The notes beneath the pieces are model-generated. The model worked only from the letters and a program-made list of their open reading frames with translations. It was not told the DNA's origin and did no database searches. A program made the translations under genes and the position numbers. Shown here one piece after another: positions 61,344-64,000 of a stretch of DNA of 64,000 nt (position 1 is the first letter of the stretch; the number at the start of each line of letters is the position of its first letter). This DNA comes from Eledone cirrhosa (Eukaryota). The DNA lies in assembly GCA_964016885.1 (NCBI GenBank), contig OZ024741.1:280240001-280304000 (forward strand), read 5' to 3'.

Positions 61344-63043
61344 CTAGTTGTAGCCCAGGGTTTTCCTTAAGACATACAGAAACACACATACGTGTTTTGC
61401 ACACATGTGGTGACAACTTCCTTTACCTATCTTTCACACGCACACATACACTCTCACTCAACAACAACCACTACCTGTCACAGTAAAAGTCTTTTTTTAA
61501 ATTGTGTTGTGTTGTTGGACATAGAGAAACACACTCACACACAACCAACCAGGCAGAGGTGGAGTGACTGAGTCGGAGTAGTATTTCTCTCTGTATTTCC
61601 TCCTGTATTTTCCAAAACAAATCTCTTGTATTTTGTCCTGATTGTAAAATACGGACGTTTTTGACGTATCTTACTAAACAAATCTTGTATTTTTGTTTAC
61701 GTTCGTAAAATACTAGGATCTAACTTAAACCTATTCTATTCTTCTCATATACAAATATTTTAAATATATTTGATACTTCAAACTCTTAACAATATTTTAA
61801 ATATATTTGTTATTATTTCAAACCCTTATTTCCCGCTCCCTAATATCTTCGCCACCACACTCTACAACATGCGGTCAAACCCCCCCTCTCTCTCTCTTTC
61901 CATATACATATCTATCTATATATAAAAAACTGTGGTTGTCTGTCTGTCTATCGATTTTTGGCACACATCTCCTCTTAGAATCTCTCACGGAATTGCACCG
62001 AAATTGCTATACTTGTACATTGAGCCCTAGCGAAGACATCGGAAAAAAAAAATTTCAAATTGACCCACCCTATGTGACGAAATCGAATATAATGTATCGA
62101 TTTTTGAGCGTAAGTTATCAGTTATTTCCCTTTGTTCTGTTTACATTGAGCGTCTTACGTAAAAAATTACGCTGGCTTTCTCAGCGTTTAAAATGACATT
62201 AACACAATACACGAACAGTTGTCGAGCCAGCAAAATATTGACCTGCAAAATTCATCAGTTCGAACACTAAGCTTCCGTTTTGCTTCATTTCCATTTAAAA
62301 GCATTTTAAAACAATATTTTTACTTGAAAACAAGTCTATTTAAAGACTACGTAAAACAAGCAAATATTTCAGGCGTGCAGACAGACAGTCGGGCAGAGAG
62401 GTGATATAGGCGTGCAGACAGACATAACTGATAATTTGGTTACGCTAATGTTTTTCTCTGCGTTGCAGTGTTTACATTTTCGATCTTTGTTAATAAATAA
62501 CCAGTGCAGTTTTTATCCCCAGCATCCTCTTTTGTTATAACATTCGGGTTATCGTTATGTTTTCTTAACTTCATAAGGCATATTGTTGGTTGAGGGAAAA
62601 TTAATCAAAAACACCACATGCAAGTCTGCACAGTAGACATTACAGTTTTTAAGCCAAAAAAGAAACTTAACATTGTAACTTTAACACAGCTACTGAGCGA
62701 CCCCGAGCAACGCCGGGCTTTACTGCTAGTATAAGATAAAGTAACTCACTTTCGCCAATTCGTGGCAGATTCTCTTTCATGGTAAAATGTAATGTACTCA
62801 TTTTTCTAGCTTTCTAACATCCGCTTATTCCATAGTCCTTCCAAACCTATTTCCTCCTGTATTTTCCAAAACAAATCTCTTGTATTTTGTCCTGATTGTA
62901 AAATACGGAAGTTTTTTACGTATCTTACTAAACAAATCTTGTATTTTTGTTTACGTTCGTAAAATACTAGGATCTAACTTAAACCTATTCTTCTCTAAAT
63001 ATCATAATGGAGGGACAAACAGACACAGCTCTTATAGTTTAGA
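61344..63043 (-). mobile_element. Outer non-autonomous Helitron-like element
   Basis: Minus strand starts A|TCTAAACTATAAGAGCTGTGTCTGTTTGT and ends CCCTGGGCTACAACTAG|T; contains a 144-bp direct duplication. Confidence 0.55.
61911..62729 (+). mobile_element. Inner non-autonomous Helitron
   Basis: A|TCTATCTATATATAAAA 5' end, (GTCT)n, subterminal hairpin CCCGAGCAACGCCGGG and CTAG|T 3' end; no TSD. Confidence 0.8.
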
Positions 63044-63863
63044 TTACAGGATATATTGTTATGATGCTTTTGGTATTTCTGGTTTAAATGAAAAATGAAT
63101 TAAAAAAATATTCCCATTATTTAAGGAATATGGACCATTTTCATATTTTTATCGTCTTCTTTTTTGCTCTTGTTCAATGTGACTAGGGTTATCCTAGGTC
63201 AGCGATCCCTGAGGTGTCATCGTGTGTAGATCTGGCCAGGTCCACTAGTGCCCTCCATTGTCAGCCCCTCTGCACCCCAGAATTAAATTTTTCTAACTGG
63301 AAGGAACATTCTCTCAAGTTCTTTAAAAAAAAAAAAAAAAAAAAAAGGCATAGTTTGTATCCATATATTTTGGTCTTTAATATGCTGTAATGATTTACCG
63401 GTGAATTTGCAGGGTCATTGTATTAATTTAGTCTTTGTTCTCTGATTTCAAATCCCACTGTGGTCAACTTTGCCTTTATCTATTCATGGTTGATAAAAAA
63501 AAAAAAGTACCAATCAAATACTAGGGTCAATTCTTCCTCTGTATCTCTTTCTCTGGAAGAAATTTGCTGTATTCAGACCTGAAGAGGGGCAGGTTTAAAA
63601 AATGCCCTAGAAACAATACAGCATTCCAGACCATACATGCATGCAATGATATACCATAGAATATCTAAAAATGGGTTTGTTAATTCAGATTTGCTTGTTT
63701 CATAAATGTTAGAAAATGGCAAACATTTAAAATCTTTAGTAATTTAAGTCTCTTTTGTTTTTATTACTGCATCAACATGACTTCAACTGTAATTTAACTT
63801 TGGACCTATACTTATTTTTTGTAAGTTTCTAATTTATGAAATCCTTCTGTATTCTATTTTTAG

Positions 63864-64000
63864 CTTCACAACACCAGACCAGGAAGTCAAAGCCCATATC
63901 AGAGTTCTTCTAATATTACCAAAGCTGTGTCAGTATCAAGAAAGACCCGACAGAGACACACATCAAGTGGAAGTAGCAGCAGTAACAATATTGACTCAGG
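63864..64000 (+). CDS. Candidate host-gene exon running to the window edge; product unidentified
   Basis: TTCTATTTTTAG| acceptor and a composition shift; phase-0 frame LHNTRPGSQSPYQSSSNITKAVSVSRKTRQRHTSSGSSSSNNIDS is open. A second frame is also open, so frame and coding status are unresolved. Confidence 0.5.

Overview
AT-rich, repeat-dense animal DNA with no prokaryotic features. The repeat repertoire (tRNA-headed SINEs, (GAT)n-tailed RTE LINEs, TA/CA/CT microsatellites) suggests a coleoid cephalopod such as Octopus; this is inferred, not verified. Most of the window appears to be intronic sequence of one unidentified + strand gene: a CpG/GC-box-richer promoter-like region at about 1.5-3.5 kb, candidate small exons at 2159-2179, 2682-2770 and 44367-44417, and an exon starting at 63864. 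The only long ORFs belong to RTE-clade LINEs: two almost identical copies in inverted orientation (33049-36508 + and 52203-55740 -), a 5'-truncated sister element (36521-39107) and decayed relatives, all with a PHD-like C4HC3 finger inserted in the RT domain. Other contents are three hammerhead-ribozyme-like motifs of Penelope type, two CRE-type restriction-endonuclease LINE remnants, Meta-like and V-like SINEs with swapped tails, pogo-, hAT- and piggyBac-type MITEs, nested non-autonomous Helitrons, and 29-bp and 43-bp minisatellites. The best leads are the 3.46-kb near-perfect inverted LINE pair enclosing a candidate exon, and the (AT)n-anchored stack of Penelope remnant, RTE and RTE, in which a truncated RTE gains an in-frame AUG from the antisense strand of a hammerhead-bearing remnant. 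All calls were made by eye; no alignments or searches were run.
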